From Macrostomum lignano (lineage: Eukaryota): a stretch of DNA of 64,000 nucleotides. Location of the stretch: the NCBI GenBank assembly GCA_002269645.1, contig NIVC01000103.1, forward strand, positions 310,001 through 374,000, given 5' to 3'. The notes below the pieces were generated by a model. That model saw nothing but the letters and a program-made list of their open reading frames with translations. It had not been told where the DNA came from and ran no database searches. This document shows, one piece after another, positions 26,939-37,774 of the stretch (position 1 is its first letter; the number at the start of each line of letters is the position of its first letter). Made by a program: the position numbers and the translations under genes.

Positions 26939-27462
26939 CTCTCAGCCTCGGCAGCCAGTTCGCATTCATCAGCGGCGCCAAGCGGTTCAACGCCGGTGCC
27001 GCCAGAGCCACCGCCGGCATTCAATAGACGCCGAAGCTGCGCCTCCTGCGCCTCATTCAAATAGTACACGCCGCAGTCCACCACCCGGTTCAGGTCCAGG
27101 CCGTGGCGCCTCAGGAACTCCAGGCTGGCCGCCGTGCAGACGAACTCCCTGCCCAGCGGCTCGAACGCGGCCGGATACAGCGGGACATTGAACACGCGAG
27201 CCTCCCACTGATTGTCGAAGCCGCCGCCGTCGCCGACTGAAACCCGACGGAATGCGGCCAGGCCGAATTCCAGCACGGCGCTCTGGCGCAGAGCGGCGCG
27301 GCACTTGGCGTAGCGCTCGGCGGGGGTGTCGAAGAAGCTTCGCCTGGCCGAGGCTGTCTCGATGCCCGTGTACTCGCCGTCTATGGCGACAAAGTCGGCC
27401 GAAGAGATCGAGTCCAGAATCGTTGCCAGGTCGGATTCGAAACTCTGCCGGGTCACCTCCAT
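26939..27462 (-). CDS. PNLDC1: PNLDC1 exon 1 (poly(A)-specific ribonuclease-like, piRNA Trimmer family)
   Basis: MEVTRQSF...ADFVAIDGEYTG (catalytic D and E), FFDTPAERY, LEFGLAAF, SLEFLRRHGLDLN, GVYYLN; donor AG/GTGAG. The full 5-exon model is 1860 nt, 619 aa. Confidence 0.92.
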
Positions 27463-27808
27463 TGTTGCAGGGTCTGAGGGTTCAGGATTGTTGCAGGGTC
27501 TGAGGGTTCAGGATTGTTGCAGGGTCTGAGGGTTCAGGATTGTTGCAGGGTCTGAGGGTGAATTGTTGCAGGGTCTGAGGGTGAATTGTTGCAGGGTCTG
27601 AGGGTGAATTGTTGCAGGGTCTGAGGGTGAATTGTTGCAGGGTCTGAGGGTGAATTGTTGCAGGGTCTGAGAGTGAATTGTTGCAGGGTCTGAGGGTGAA
27701 TTGTTGCAGGGTCTGAGGGTGAATTTTTGCAGGGTCTGAGGGTGAATTGTTGCAGGGTCTGAGGGTGAATTGTTGCAGGGTTTGAGGGTGAATTGTTGCA
27801 GGGTCTGA
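27461..27808. repeat. 26-bp x3 plus 23-bp x about 12 array abutting and overlapping the PNLDC1 ATG
   Basis: Unit (A)ATTGTTGCAGGGTCTGAGGGT(TCAGG/G). Confidence 0.96.
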
Positions 27809-28164
27809 GACTTAACAATTGAAATCTATCGTAGATTAATAGATTCCTCAATGTAAGGCTAGCATTGCATTAAAAAATGAACACAAACACGGTAGAAAAT
27901 TTAATCGCAGCTATTTCGCGCACACAGCAGCTAAAAGTAAAAAAGCAGCGCGATGACAGAAAAAATGCTAACAAACTTCTGACGGAGGAACCGCTCTTTA
28001 TTAGAACTAATCCGGGCATCTTAATTGATTACAGAGAACTGCCAGTAAGTCATAAATTATGAAGCGGCTTGTCGTTCTGTCGTCCGCTTGGTTTGGCCAG
28101 TTTGCTGAGCTGATGAGGCATCCAGTTTCTGCAAACGATATGGTGTGTCATTACGTAGTAATTA

Positions 28165-29733
28165 AAATGTCCATTTCTAGCTAAAGAATATGCCATTATC
28201 CCAGAATGCCATTTCCAGCTACAGACACTGAATGCGCCATTATCCCAGAATGCCATTTCCAGCTACAGACACTGAATGTGCCATTATCCCAGAATGCCAT
28301 TCCTAGCTACAGATACTGAATGTGCCATTATCCCAGAATGCCATTCCTAGCTACAGACACTGAATGTGTCATTATCCCAGAAATGCCATTTCTAGCTACA
28401 GACACTGAATGCGCCATTATCCCAGAATGCCATTTCCAGCTACAGACACTGAATGTGCCATTATCCCAGAATGCCATTCCTAGCTACAGACACTGAATGT
28501 GCCATTATCCCAGAAATGCCATTTCTAGCTACAGACACTGAATGTGCCATTATCCCAGAAATGCCATTTCTAGCTACAGACACTGAATGCGCCATTATCC
28601 CAGAATGCCATTTCCAGCTACAGACACTGAATGTGCCATTATCCCAGAATGCCATTTCTAGCTACAGACACTGAATGTGCCATTATCCCAGAAATGCCAT
28701 TTCTAGCTACAGACACTGAATGTGCCATTATCCCAGAATGCCATTTTTTAGCTACAGACACTGAATGTGCCATTATCCCAGAAATGCCATTTCTAGCTAC
28801 AGACACTGAATGTGCCATTATCCCAGAATGCCATTTCTAGCTACAGACACTGAATGCGCCATTATCCCAGAATGCCATTTCCAGCTACAGACACTGAATG
28901 TGCCATTATCCCAGAATGCCATTCCTAGCTACAGATACTGAATGTGCCATTATCCCAGAAATGCCATTCCTAGCTACAGACACTGAATGTGCCATTATCC
29001 CAGAATGCCATTTCCAGCTACAGACACTGAATGCGCCATTAACCCAGAATGCCATTTCTAGCTACAGACACTGAATGTGCCATTATCCTAGAATGCCATT
29101 TCTAGCTACAGACACTGAATGTGCCATTATCCCAGAAACGCCATTCCTAGCTACAGACACTGAATGTGCCATTATCCCAGAAACGCCATTCCTAGCTACA
29201 GACACTGAATGTGCCATTATCCCAGAAATGCCATTTCTAGCTACAGACACTGAATGCGCCATTATCCCAGAATGCCATTTCTAGCTACAGACACTGAATG
29301 CGCCATTATCCCAAAATGCCATTTCTAGCTACAGACACTGAATGCGCTATTATCCCAGAATGCCATTTCTAGCTACAGACACTGAATGTGCCATTATCCT
29401 AGAATGCCATTTCTAGCTACAGACACTGAATGTGCCATTATCCCAGAAACGCCATTCCTAGCTACAGACACTGAATGTGCCATTATTCCAGAAATGCCAT
29501 TCGTAGCTTCAGACGCTGAATGTGCCATTATCCCAGAAATGCCATTTCTAGCTACAGACACTGAATGTGCCATTATCCCAGAAATGCCAATCCTAGCTTC
29601 AGACACTGAATATGCCATTATCCCAGAAATGCCATTTCTAGCTACAGACACTGAATGTGCCATTATCCCAGAAATGCCATTCCTAGCTACAGACACTGAA
29701 TATGCCATTATCCCAGAATGCCATTTCTAGCAA
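28165..29733. repeat. 44-45 bp array GCCATTATCCCAGAATGCCATTTCTAGCTACAGACACTGAATGT
   Basis: About 35 copies; the terminal copy overlaps the MRPS35 stop codon. Confidence 0.97.
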
Positions 29734-30207
29734 GAGACACGATCATAACAAACCTTAACAGGGCCGCCACCGCCGCCGCCTCCACCCTTGCCGATTCCCA
29801 GCAGGAACTCAACAGCCCGGCCGTACTGCCGCAGACTGTCGTGAGTCTCTCCAGTGCCGCCATTCTCCGGCTGCCTATGCAGTTTAATCAGCGCATTCCG
29901 ATAGTGAGTCACAGCATTAGTCGCGGGTTCGTTAGCCAGTTTGGCCAGCTTCTTCTGGCTCGAGCTGCCGTCAAATTCGTAGCGTTGATTGTCGATCCAG
30001 GCTTTGCCGGACTCCCAGGACTCGTGGCGCAGCGACTGGCTGTACAGAGCCGACAGGGCATAAATCAGATAGTCGTAGTTCTGGAAGCGCCAAGGACACC
30101 GGTCCGACCACATGCGCAGGTGGCGGACCCGGGAGGAGCCAACAACCTGTGTGTCCACTTTGGCAAAGTTGGAGAAGCTCACCAGACAGAGCAGCTTCTC
30201 GAGGGAT
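29727..30207 (-). CDS. MRPS35: Mitochondrial ribosomal protein S35 (mS35), exon 2 (may contain a 36-nt intron at 30147-30182)
   Basis: SDRCPWRFQNYDYLIYALSALYSQS...WE matches [26 protein letters not shown]; acceptor ATCCAG, phase 2. Confidence 0.9.
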
Positions 30208-30244
30208 CTGGATTGGGGAGGGGTGATGGCACAGTTGGTTTCAA

Positions 30245-30880
30245 TAGTTGATTCTAGTGCTATTGTGGCATGGGGGGAATCATACTGCCATTGTGGTATG
30301 GGGGGAATCATAGTGCCATTGTGGCATTGGGGGAATCATAGTGCCATTGTGGCATTGGGGGAATCATAGTGCCATTGTGGCATTGGGGGGGGGGAATCAT
30401 AGTGCCATAGTGGCATTGGGGGGAATCATAGTGCCATAGTGGCATTGGGGGGAATCATAGTGTCATTGTAGCATTAGGGGAATCATAGTGCATTGTGGCA
30501 TTAGGGGAATCATAGTGCCATTGTGGCATTGGGGGGAATCATAGTGCCATTGTGGCATTGGGGGGGGAATCATAGTGCCATAGTGGCATTGGGGGGAATC
30601 ATAGTGTCATTGTAGCATTAGGGGAATCATAGTGCATTGTGGCATTAGGGGAATCATAGTGCCATTGTGGCATTAGGGGAATCATAGTGCCATTGTGGCA
30701 TTAGGGGAATCATAGTGCCATTGTGGCATTAGGGGAATCATAGTGTATTGCGGCATTAGGGGAATCGGGAATCATAGTGATATTGTGACATTAGGGGGAT
30801 CGGGAATCATAGTGATATTGTGACATTAGGGGGATCGGGAATCATAGTGATATTGTGACATTAGGGGGATCGGGAATTCA
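30245..30880. repeat. About 29-30 bp array GGAATCATAGTGCCATTGTGGCATTGGGG in the MRPS35 intron
   Basis: About 21 copies, each with a small TGCCA-TTG-TGGCA hairpin. Confidence 0.95.
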
Positions 30881-31078
30881 TTCCCCTAATCGCCAATAAA
30901 GATAAAAAACTGAAGGTTGTTTTTTGATTTTCAATATTCGAGATATTAAAAAATACCGTACGGGTTTATATGATCCTTATTTTTTCCTCAAAAAGCGTTA
31001 CTTTCTACTGTTTGTCAGTAGACGATCTCTCACAAACAGTCATAAAATGAAATATCCCATTAGAAATAAACAAGAAAC

Positions 31079-31836
31079 CTTTTATCCAGTTTCACAAGCC
31101 GGTCAAGGCAGAGGCTGAGGTCAACCCGCCGAGCGCGAATATCGCGGATGCTGTGATGGGAGCGCAGGTAATCCGTAGTGACCACTAGCAACGGCAGCTG
31201 CTTATCAATAACGCCGGGCTCGTCAAGCGCCTTCGGCCAAGGAGTGCACAGGTGCTTAATAGCGGCGCAGTGAGCTGCCACGTGAGCCGGCGTCAGGTGT
31301 AGAAAATTCGGCACCTTAATCAGCTCCGTGTTGCCCCATTTATTCGGCGATATGCCCGCATTCTCCGTTGCATTGTTGGGCCGGCCCTGGCGCACCGGCA
31401 GCGGCACCGCGGCCGGGTGGAAGGTGCGCGCCGTCGGCCAGACGCTCGGCCAGCTGCTGTGCGCCGGCTTCATCCGGTCGCAGCGCGGCGTCAGCGGGTG
31501 CCGGCTGCGAAGGAGCGGCGGCTTCGCTGCCTCCTTGGTGAGGCCGGGCACCACCAGGGAGCGAAAGCCGGCGGTGTTGGAGGCAGCGGCAGCGGCGGCC
31601 ACGTCGGCCGCGGAGTAGCCGGCAAACCCGGCGCGTCGGGAGCTGGCGCCGCGGCGCCCCGACACCGAGGCAGCTCCGGCGTCGTCGACGCCGCCTTCGC
31701 CGATGCTCCAGACGTCGGAGGAGTTCGAAGAAGATGAATTTGAATAGCCGGCGGCTGCCAGGCTGTGGTTGCTAGGGGCGGCTAGCAACCGCCTGGCCAA
31801 GCCGGACAGGAGCAGCAGTTTGCCAGTTGGCGTCAT
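31079..31836 (-). CDS. MRPS35: MRPS35 exon 1 with a mitochondrial-presequence-like N-terminus
   Basis: WPSVWP...FHPAAVPLPVRQG, ELIKVPNFLHLTP, CTPWP, TDY...RARRV; MTPTGKLLLLSGLARRLL is Arg/Leu-rich with no acidic residues; donor AG/GTTTC, phase 2. Confidence 0.93.
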
Positions 31837-31929
31837 GCCATGAAGTGCAAAGCGGCAGCGTAGCTTTTGGGTGCCTGCGTTGAAGAATTTTAGTCTGCTG
31901 TGGTTCCTCAAAATATTACAGAAAGGCAG

Positions 31930-32000
31930 TCAGACTGACAGGCAGGCAGATAGGCAGACAGACAGACTGACAGACAGACAGGCAGACAGACAGCCCTACG

Positions 32001-32044
<44 letters not shown>

Positions 32045-32187
32045 GGCAGTCAGACAGGCAGTCAGACAGACAGACAGACAGACAGACAGGCAGTCAGACA
32101 GACAGACAGGCAGTCAGACATACAGACAGACAGGCAGTCAGACAGACAGACAGGCAGGCAGGCAGGCAGGCAGAAAGACAGACAGAC
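31930..32187. repeat. (CAGA)n/(CAGG)n microsatellite
   Basis: Direct. Confidence 0.95.
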
Positions 32188-32764
32188 AATTCTAAAAGTG
32201 CACCTGGGGCGAAGACAAACAGCTGTACAGTGAAACGGTCTGTTTTGAATACAGGAGCTGAAATGAAGTCAGTCATAAACAAATGCTCAGTTTCACCGAT
32301 TAGAGAGAGATCAATGCCATGTTTAGCATGAACCCCGCCAATAAGACGCATTTATTTTTCCATAATTAAAAGCAAAGGTGTGAAGACAGCAAAGTACAAT
32401 TATGACGGGAAAAAACACTAGGTTCAATTACAATGCTAAGCTAATAAATGGACCAACGGATAGTTTAGGAAATATAAGGGACTTTCTAGATTAAACTGAA
32501 ACTCAGTGTAAAGTATTTTTGTAAGGAGCGCATGCATATATTAATTACTCGTAACTATTTTGTACGCACGCGGAAACTTAAGAAAGCATGATGACAACAT
32601 GACAAAAGAATAACAAAAAAGTATTTATAACCATGATTTATTTAAATAAACAAAGCTATTCAATAACAAAACAAGAGCATGCAGAATGACAAGCAGTTAT
32701 CATGTGAGGCTTTGTAACACAGTTACTGAACTAGACAGATAAAGTGACTTGACTTTATTGGGCT

Positions 32765-33640
32765 GACTCTCATTGTGGCTGAGGGCGATTTTCATTGTGG
32801 CTGAGGGCGATTCTCATTGTGGCTGAGGGCGATTCTTATTGTGGCTGAGGGCGATTTTCATTGTGGCTGAGGGCGATTCTTATTGTGGCTGAGGGCGACT
32901 CTCATTGTGGTTGAGGGCGATTCTCACTGTGGTTGAGGGCGATTCTCATTGTGGCTGAGGGCGATTCTCATGGCTGAGGGCGATTCTTATAGCTGAGGGT
33001 GATTCTCATAGCTGAGGGCGATTCTCATTGTGGTTGAGGGCGACTTTCATTGTGGCTGAGGGCGATTCTTATTGTGGCTGAGGGCGATTTTCATTGTGGC
33101 TGAGGGCGATTCTTATTGTGGCTGAGGGCGATTCTCATTGTGGCTGAGGGCGACTCTCATTGTGGCTGAGGGCGACTCTCATTGTGGTTGAGGGCGATTC
33201 TCACTGTGGTTGAGGGCGATTCTCATTGTGGCTGAGGGCGATTCTCATGGCTGAGGGCGATTCTTATAGCTGAGGGTGATTCTCATAGCTGAGGGCGATT
33301 CTCATTGTGGTTGAGGGCGACTTTCATTGTGGCTGAGGGCGATTCTTATTGTGGTTGAGGGCGACTCTCATTGTGGCTGAGGGCGACTCTCTTTGTGGCT
33401 GAGGGCGATTCTCATTGTGGCTGAGGGCGATTCTCTTTGTGGCTGAGGGCGATTCTCATGGCTGAGGGCGATTCTTATAGCTGAGGGTGATTCTCATAGC
33501 TGAGGGCGATTCTCATTGTGGCTGAGGGCGATTCTCATTGTGGCTGAGGGCGATTCTCATGGCTGAGGGCGATTCTCACTGTGGCTGAGGGTGATTCTCA
33601 TGGCTGAGGGCGATTCTCATTGTGACTGAGGGCGATTCCT
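32765..33640. repeat. 22-bp array GATTCTCATTGTGGCTGAGGGC
   Basis: About 40 copies with 19-bp variants. Confidence 0.96.
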
Positions 33641-34025
33641 GAGGTGAATGAGAGCGATTATAAAGATAGGGGGTTGATGCTTAAAATGACTGGGGTGATT
33701 CTCAATGTGAATCCTTATTTTAAAGATGACTGACTAAAGGCGATTCTTAAGATGTACGCGTAGACGAAAGAGTTGCATTCTGCAATCGCACGCACATTTA
33801 TTTGGATAATTCCAGGTAAAACTAAAAGCGATCAGAAGGCGACTTTCAGCATTGTTATAATTCGAATTGCAAATCAAGGACGACTTAAGTAGAAGGCTGG
33901 AAAAATGGTTCTTAGAAAAGTAAACTACAGAGAAATAAGAAGTTGTCAAGCGCTCTAAGAAACGCTCTTCCTCCTGTACTTCTACTCAAGCCGTCTCTCT
34001 GTGTTTCAAACTGCCCCAGCATCCC

Positions 34026-34421
34026 CTACAACTGAGACTGAGTGTGAAATCCCAAGCCAAACATGGAGGTGACAAAGGTGCAGAACAGGGACCAGAACAG
34101 GCCGTAGCTGAGCAATCCGCCGGCTGTCTGAGGCGAAGCCAACGATCTGAGCTCGTCAACTCGGCTAGTAAGATCGGCCACTAGTGGATCATCTGTGTAG
34201 GCTTTCAGCCAATCAGGCAGGGCGTTCCACGTGGACGTATTTGATTGGCTGGTAGCGTTGGCCCTGGCCAGATTGTACAGAGGCAGGTGGCCGGACAGTC
34301 TGCCAGAGTCCCAGCTGCAGCCGGACAGGGTCTTGTACATCAGGGCCAGGAACAGCGTGACAGCCAGCGGGCACAGGTACTGCAGAGATATCACGCCAAG
34401 GAACCGGTTCACGTTGGACAC
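34026..34421 (-). CDS. TMEM161: Transmembrane protein 161, last exon
   Basis: VISLQYLCPLAVTLFLALMYKTLSGCSW and LLSYGLFWSLFCTFVTSMFGLGFH match the TMEM161 C-terminus; acceptor TGCAG. Confidence 0.92.
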   Translation of the reverse strand: MSNVNRFLGVISLQYLCPLAVTLFLALMYKTLSGCSWDSGRLSGHLPLYNLARANATSQSNTSTWNALPDWLKAYTDDPLVADLTSRVDELRSLASPQTAGGLLSYGLFWSLFCTFVTSMFGLGFHTQSQL

Positions 34422-34491
34422 CTGCAGCAATATTGTGAAAAGTTTCTGGCGTTGAATAGGATGCTGAATACTCTACTTTTAGTAATATAAC

Positions 34492-34815
34492 CTATAGCCT
34501 AGTGGTTAGAGCGTCGGAATCACGACTTGCAGGTCGGGGGTTCGATTCCCTATCCTACAGAAACAAATAGTGTGTCCTTGAGGAAGATTCTGCACTTAAC
34601 TCTGCATTGCTTCAGTTCACCCAGCTGTAAAATGGATAGCAGCATTAGCTGGGGTAATTGAAGGTGTGTGTGGCGAGTCTGGCGACCTCCCCCCAGTCTT
34701 TAGACTGAACAGCCGTACGCAGCCTTCAGATGCGCCACGCAATAGCTGCGGCTGAGCTGTCGGTTGCACATTTGGCCCAGTTGGGGCAGGTGTAATCAAT
34801 TATAACTATTATTAC
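34492..34815 (+). mobile_element. Full-length tRNA-derived SINE (about 320 bp)
   Basis: A-box TAGCCTAGTGG, B-box GGTTCGATTCC, central domain CTTCAGTTCACCCAGCTGTAAAATGG, AT-rich tail. Confidence 0.88.
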
Positions 34816-34865
34816 GATTCTACAACTCACGTGATGCAGTCGCCTCTCCCAGTTGCATTACAGTA

Positions 34866-35287
34866 TAGTATTTGTCATGCTATCTCAGCCTAGAGACATC
34901 CAAACTCAGCCAGTCCCATTCCGCAATGCGTTTTTTTGGCTCGAGCTAGTCGACTTTTACCATAGACATGCTTCTTAAGGCCATGCTATCTCAGCCTGGG
35001 ACATGCAATCTCAGCCAATATAGATTTCAATTGCAAACACTTCTCGCTTCGTCTTCGTCGCTTGTTGCTCTCATTCTGTTTCATTTGCTTCGATCACAGA
35101 CTAAGCCACGGACAGCTTGACATAGCATCTGAAAAGTGGCTGAGATTGCATGTCCCAGGCTGAGATAGCATGGCCTTAAGAAGCATGTCTATGGTAAAAC
35201 TTGACTGGCTTACGTAAAAAATCGCACTGTCGAGATGGGCTGGCTGAGTTTGGATGTCTCTAGGCTGAGATAGCATGACAAATACTA
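34866..35287. mobile_element. Fold-back MITE with about 150-bp inverted arms, TA-flanked
   Basis: TAGTATTTGTCATGCTATCTCAGCCTAGAGACATCCAAACTCAGCCAG at the left end and its reverse complement at the right end. Confidence 0.85.
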
Positions 35288-35430
35288 TAGTTTAGGTAGT
35301 TAAAAAGTCGCAAGAGTCCGACTCAGAAACGTTAGAGTCACTAATTAGTTGTTTGTAATGGCTCTAGCGATTCAGGAGTCAGCGGAATGAGATAATCTCG
35401 TAAATTCAACAGGCCCCCTACAGCCCCTAC

Positions 35431-35574
35431 CTGCTCCTGCAAATCCCGATTGCTAATCCGTCCGGCCTCGCGATTCAGTCTGGCCAATCGAGTTGAAGCC
35501 GAGTGCAGAAACGCCTGCAGATGGCCGGGCATGCAGACCAGACGGAGCAGGCACAGCAGCAGCACGGCGTACAC
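35431..35574 (-). CDS. TMEM161: TMEM161 exon 3
   Basis: LCLLRLVCMPGHLQAFL...LNREAGRISNRDLQEQ; CATCAG acceptor, CAG/GTAGG donor, 48 codons. Confidence 0.92.
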
Positions 35575-35640
35575 CTGATGAGCAAAGGCGAATCAAGACT
35601 CAAATTGGTGATCATTTTCAGAATTTCATTAAATACGAGC

Positions 35641-35702
35641 TACGTAGCCTAGAGGTTAGAGCGTCGGGCTTACGACTAAAAGGTCTGGGGTTCGATTCTT
35701 GA
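35641..35702 (+). mobile_element. SINE tRNA-like head only
   Basis: TAGCCTAGAGGTTAGAGCGTCGG...GGTTCGATTCT. Confidence 0.7.
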
Positions 35703-35794
35703 CTCAATTGGCAAACAGCCTCTTCAACAGGTGGCACCGCATGACAATGGACATCATATTGTGACTAATTTCGATTTGATTTCGGGCCATTAGT

Positions 35795-36045
35795 AATAAT
35801 AATAATAATTGATTATACCTGCTCCTATTGGACCAGATGTACAACCGACAGCTCAGCCGCAGCTATTGCGCGGCGCATCTGAAGGCTGCGTACGGCTGTT
35901 CAGTCCAAGGACTGGGGGTCGCCACAAAACAAACACCGTCAATTACCCCAGATAATTGCTGGTTGTCTTGCTCAAGGACACAAATTGTTCCAGTGGGGTC
36001 AGGAATCGAACCCCCGACCTTCAACCCTAACCACTAGGCTACATG
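35795..36045 (-). mobile_element. SINE copy with an internal deletion
   Basis: Tail (TAA)n, GCAGCTATTGCGCGGCGCATCTGAAGGCTGCGTACGG body, reverse B-box GAATCGAACCC. Confidence 0.85.
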
Positions 36046-36073
36046 CTAATTAATAACGAAGACAAAAACCAAC

Positions 36074-36736
36074 CTGCACGGTGCACAAATCCACCGCCGT
36101 GATGCCGCGACGCACGGGAACAAACCAGGTGAGCAGACAGCCCAGCGGAGCATAGAAACTAAGATGATGCAGCAGCAGGGTCAGCCGCCGACTCATCGTG
36201 TCCATCAGTCCGGCGGCCGAGTCCGTCTCCAGACAGGCGGTGTCCGGACTAACCAGATCCCAGTACACTCGCGAATGCCGTATAGCCGAGAAAGTGACCA
36301 AGGCTCCATAGAACCCGCCAATCAGTACTAAACAAGCTCGGAGCACCTGGTTATCTGACAGAGGCGGCGAGTCCAGCCCCAGCTGCAGCACTGTGGGCGG
36401 CAGCACCAGCACGCCCATAGACATGACCGTGTAGAAAAATGCAAATGTAACCAACAGTACAAACTCGGACGCATTAGCGGAGTACAGGCGAACAATGGAT
36501 AGCAAGCCTTTGAGAGCAAAGCCAACGCCAAGGCAGCACCACACTAGGGACAGATTGGTTCTGTCACTTTTGCCGCCATTCAATGCGCCGTAGTAGAACT
36601 CCGTGATGCCGTACACAATGCAGGCAATCAGGCTGAAGTCCAGCAGCCACTGCCAGTCCGAGTAAAAGTGCAAATCTCGCAGGTCCAGCTCAGTCTGTCG
36701 GGTGCTCACCAGCGGGATGCGAACCGATTTGGCCAC
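36074..36736 (-). CDS. TMEM161: TMEM161 exon 2
   Basis: LHFYSDWQWLLDF, NLSLVWC, GALVTFSAIRHSRVYWD; CTCCAG acceptor, CAG/GTTGG donor, 221 codons. Confidence 0.93.
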
Positions 36737-36774
36737 CTGGAGCAGCGAGTGCAGGGAATTCTTTAGAAACATGT

Positions 36775-37400
36775 CCAGTTTGAGTTGGCCTTCTCCCAAC
36801 TCCTCCCTCAGAGGCCTGTCTGTCCAGTTTGAGCTGGCCTTCTACCAAACCCTCCTTCAGAGGCCTGTCTGTCCAGATTGAGTTGGCCTTCTACCAAACC
36901 CTCCTTCAGAGGCCTGTCTGTCCAGTTTGAGCTGGCCTTCTACCAAACCCTCCTTCAGAGGCCTGTCTGTCCAGTTTGAGCTGGCCTTCTACCAAACCCT
37001 CCTTCAGAGGCCTGTCTGTCCAGATTGAGTTGGCCTTCTACCAAACCCTCCTTCAGAGGCCTGTCTGTCCAGATTGAGTTGGCCTTCTACCAAACCCTCC
37101 TTCAGAGGCCTGTCTGTCCAGTTTAAGCTAGCCTTCTCCCAACTCCTCCTTCAGAGGCCTGTCTGTCCAGTTTGAGCTGGCCTTCTACCAAACCCTCCTT
37201 CAGAGGCCTGTCTGTCCAGTTTGAGTTGGCCTTCTACCAAACCCTCCTTCAGAGGCCTGTCTGTCCAGTTTGAGCTGGCCTTCTCGACCCCAAACCCTCC
37301 TTCAGAGGATTGTCTGTCCAGCTTGAGCTGGCCTTCTCCCAACTCCTCCTTCAGAGGTCTGTCTGTCCAGTCTGAACTGGCCTTCTCCCAAACCCTCCTT
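36775..37400. repeat. 49-bp array GAGGCCTGTCTGTCCAGTTTGAGCTGGCCTTCTACCAAACCCTCCTTCA filling TMEM161 intron 1
   Basis: About 12.5 copies. Confidence 0.96.
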
Positions 37401-37421
37401 CTTCTCTCACGCTCAACCCAC

Positions 37422-37613
37422 CAGAAATACTCCATCTCGATCTGTTTTCGGCGACTTTTTAATATTAGCCGCCTCCGCTATTGTCCGATCGCTGGGCGGT
37501 TTGAAACGGCGCAACGATAGCAGCACACGGCGGCCGAGCGAGTAGTGCCGGCTGATGGTGGACAGCACCGACGCTGACACCAGGGTGACGACCAGCTGGA
37601 AGCCAAACACAGC
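37422..37613 (-). CDS. TMEM161: TMEM161 first conserved coding exon (no ATG of its own)
   Basis: AVFGFQLVVTLVS matches the conserved MAV(L/I)G(I/V)QLVVT N-terminus; starts directly after acceptor TTGAAG; donor CTG/GTGGG, 64 codons. Confidence 0.9.
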
Positions 37614-37774
37614 CTTCAATGCGGGCGGGCGGGGAGGAATGCAATTGAGGAGCGATTAGTAGACGGAAATTAAAAAAATGATCTACGTCTAGCTACTCAA
37701 ATATAAAATTAAAGCATTGTCGAAGGTAACCTAAGAACAGACTGAAGATCTGTGAAGGTGGCGAGTCGCGACCC

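Noticed and set aside
31837-31911. N-terminal extension of MRPS35 from the track start at 31911
   Set aside because: Non-ATG start upstream of a likely acceptor; the ATG at 31836 gives a presequence-like N-terminus
25180-35390. Shared segment TTAAAA.GTC.CAAGAGT...TAGAGTCACTA...AGTTGTTTG.AATG at about 25380 and 35300
   Set aside because: Probably fragments of a dispersed repeat; too short and diverged to classify
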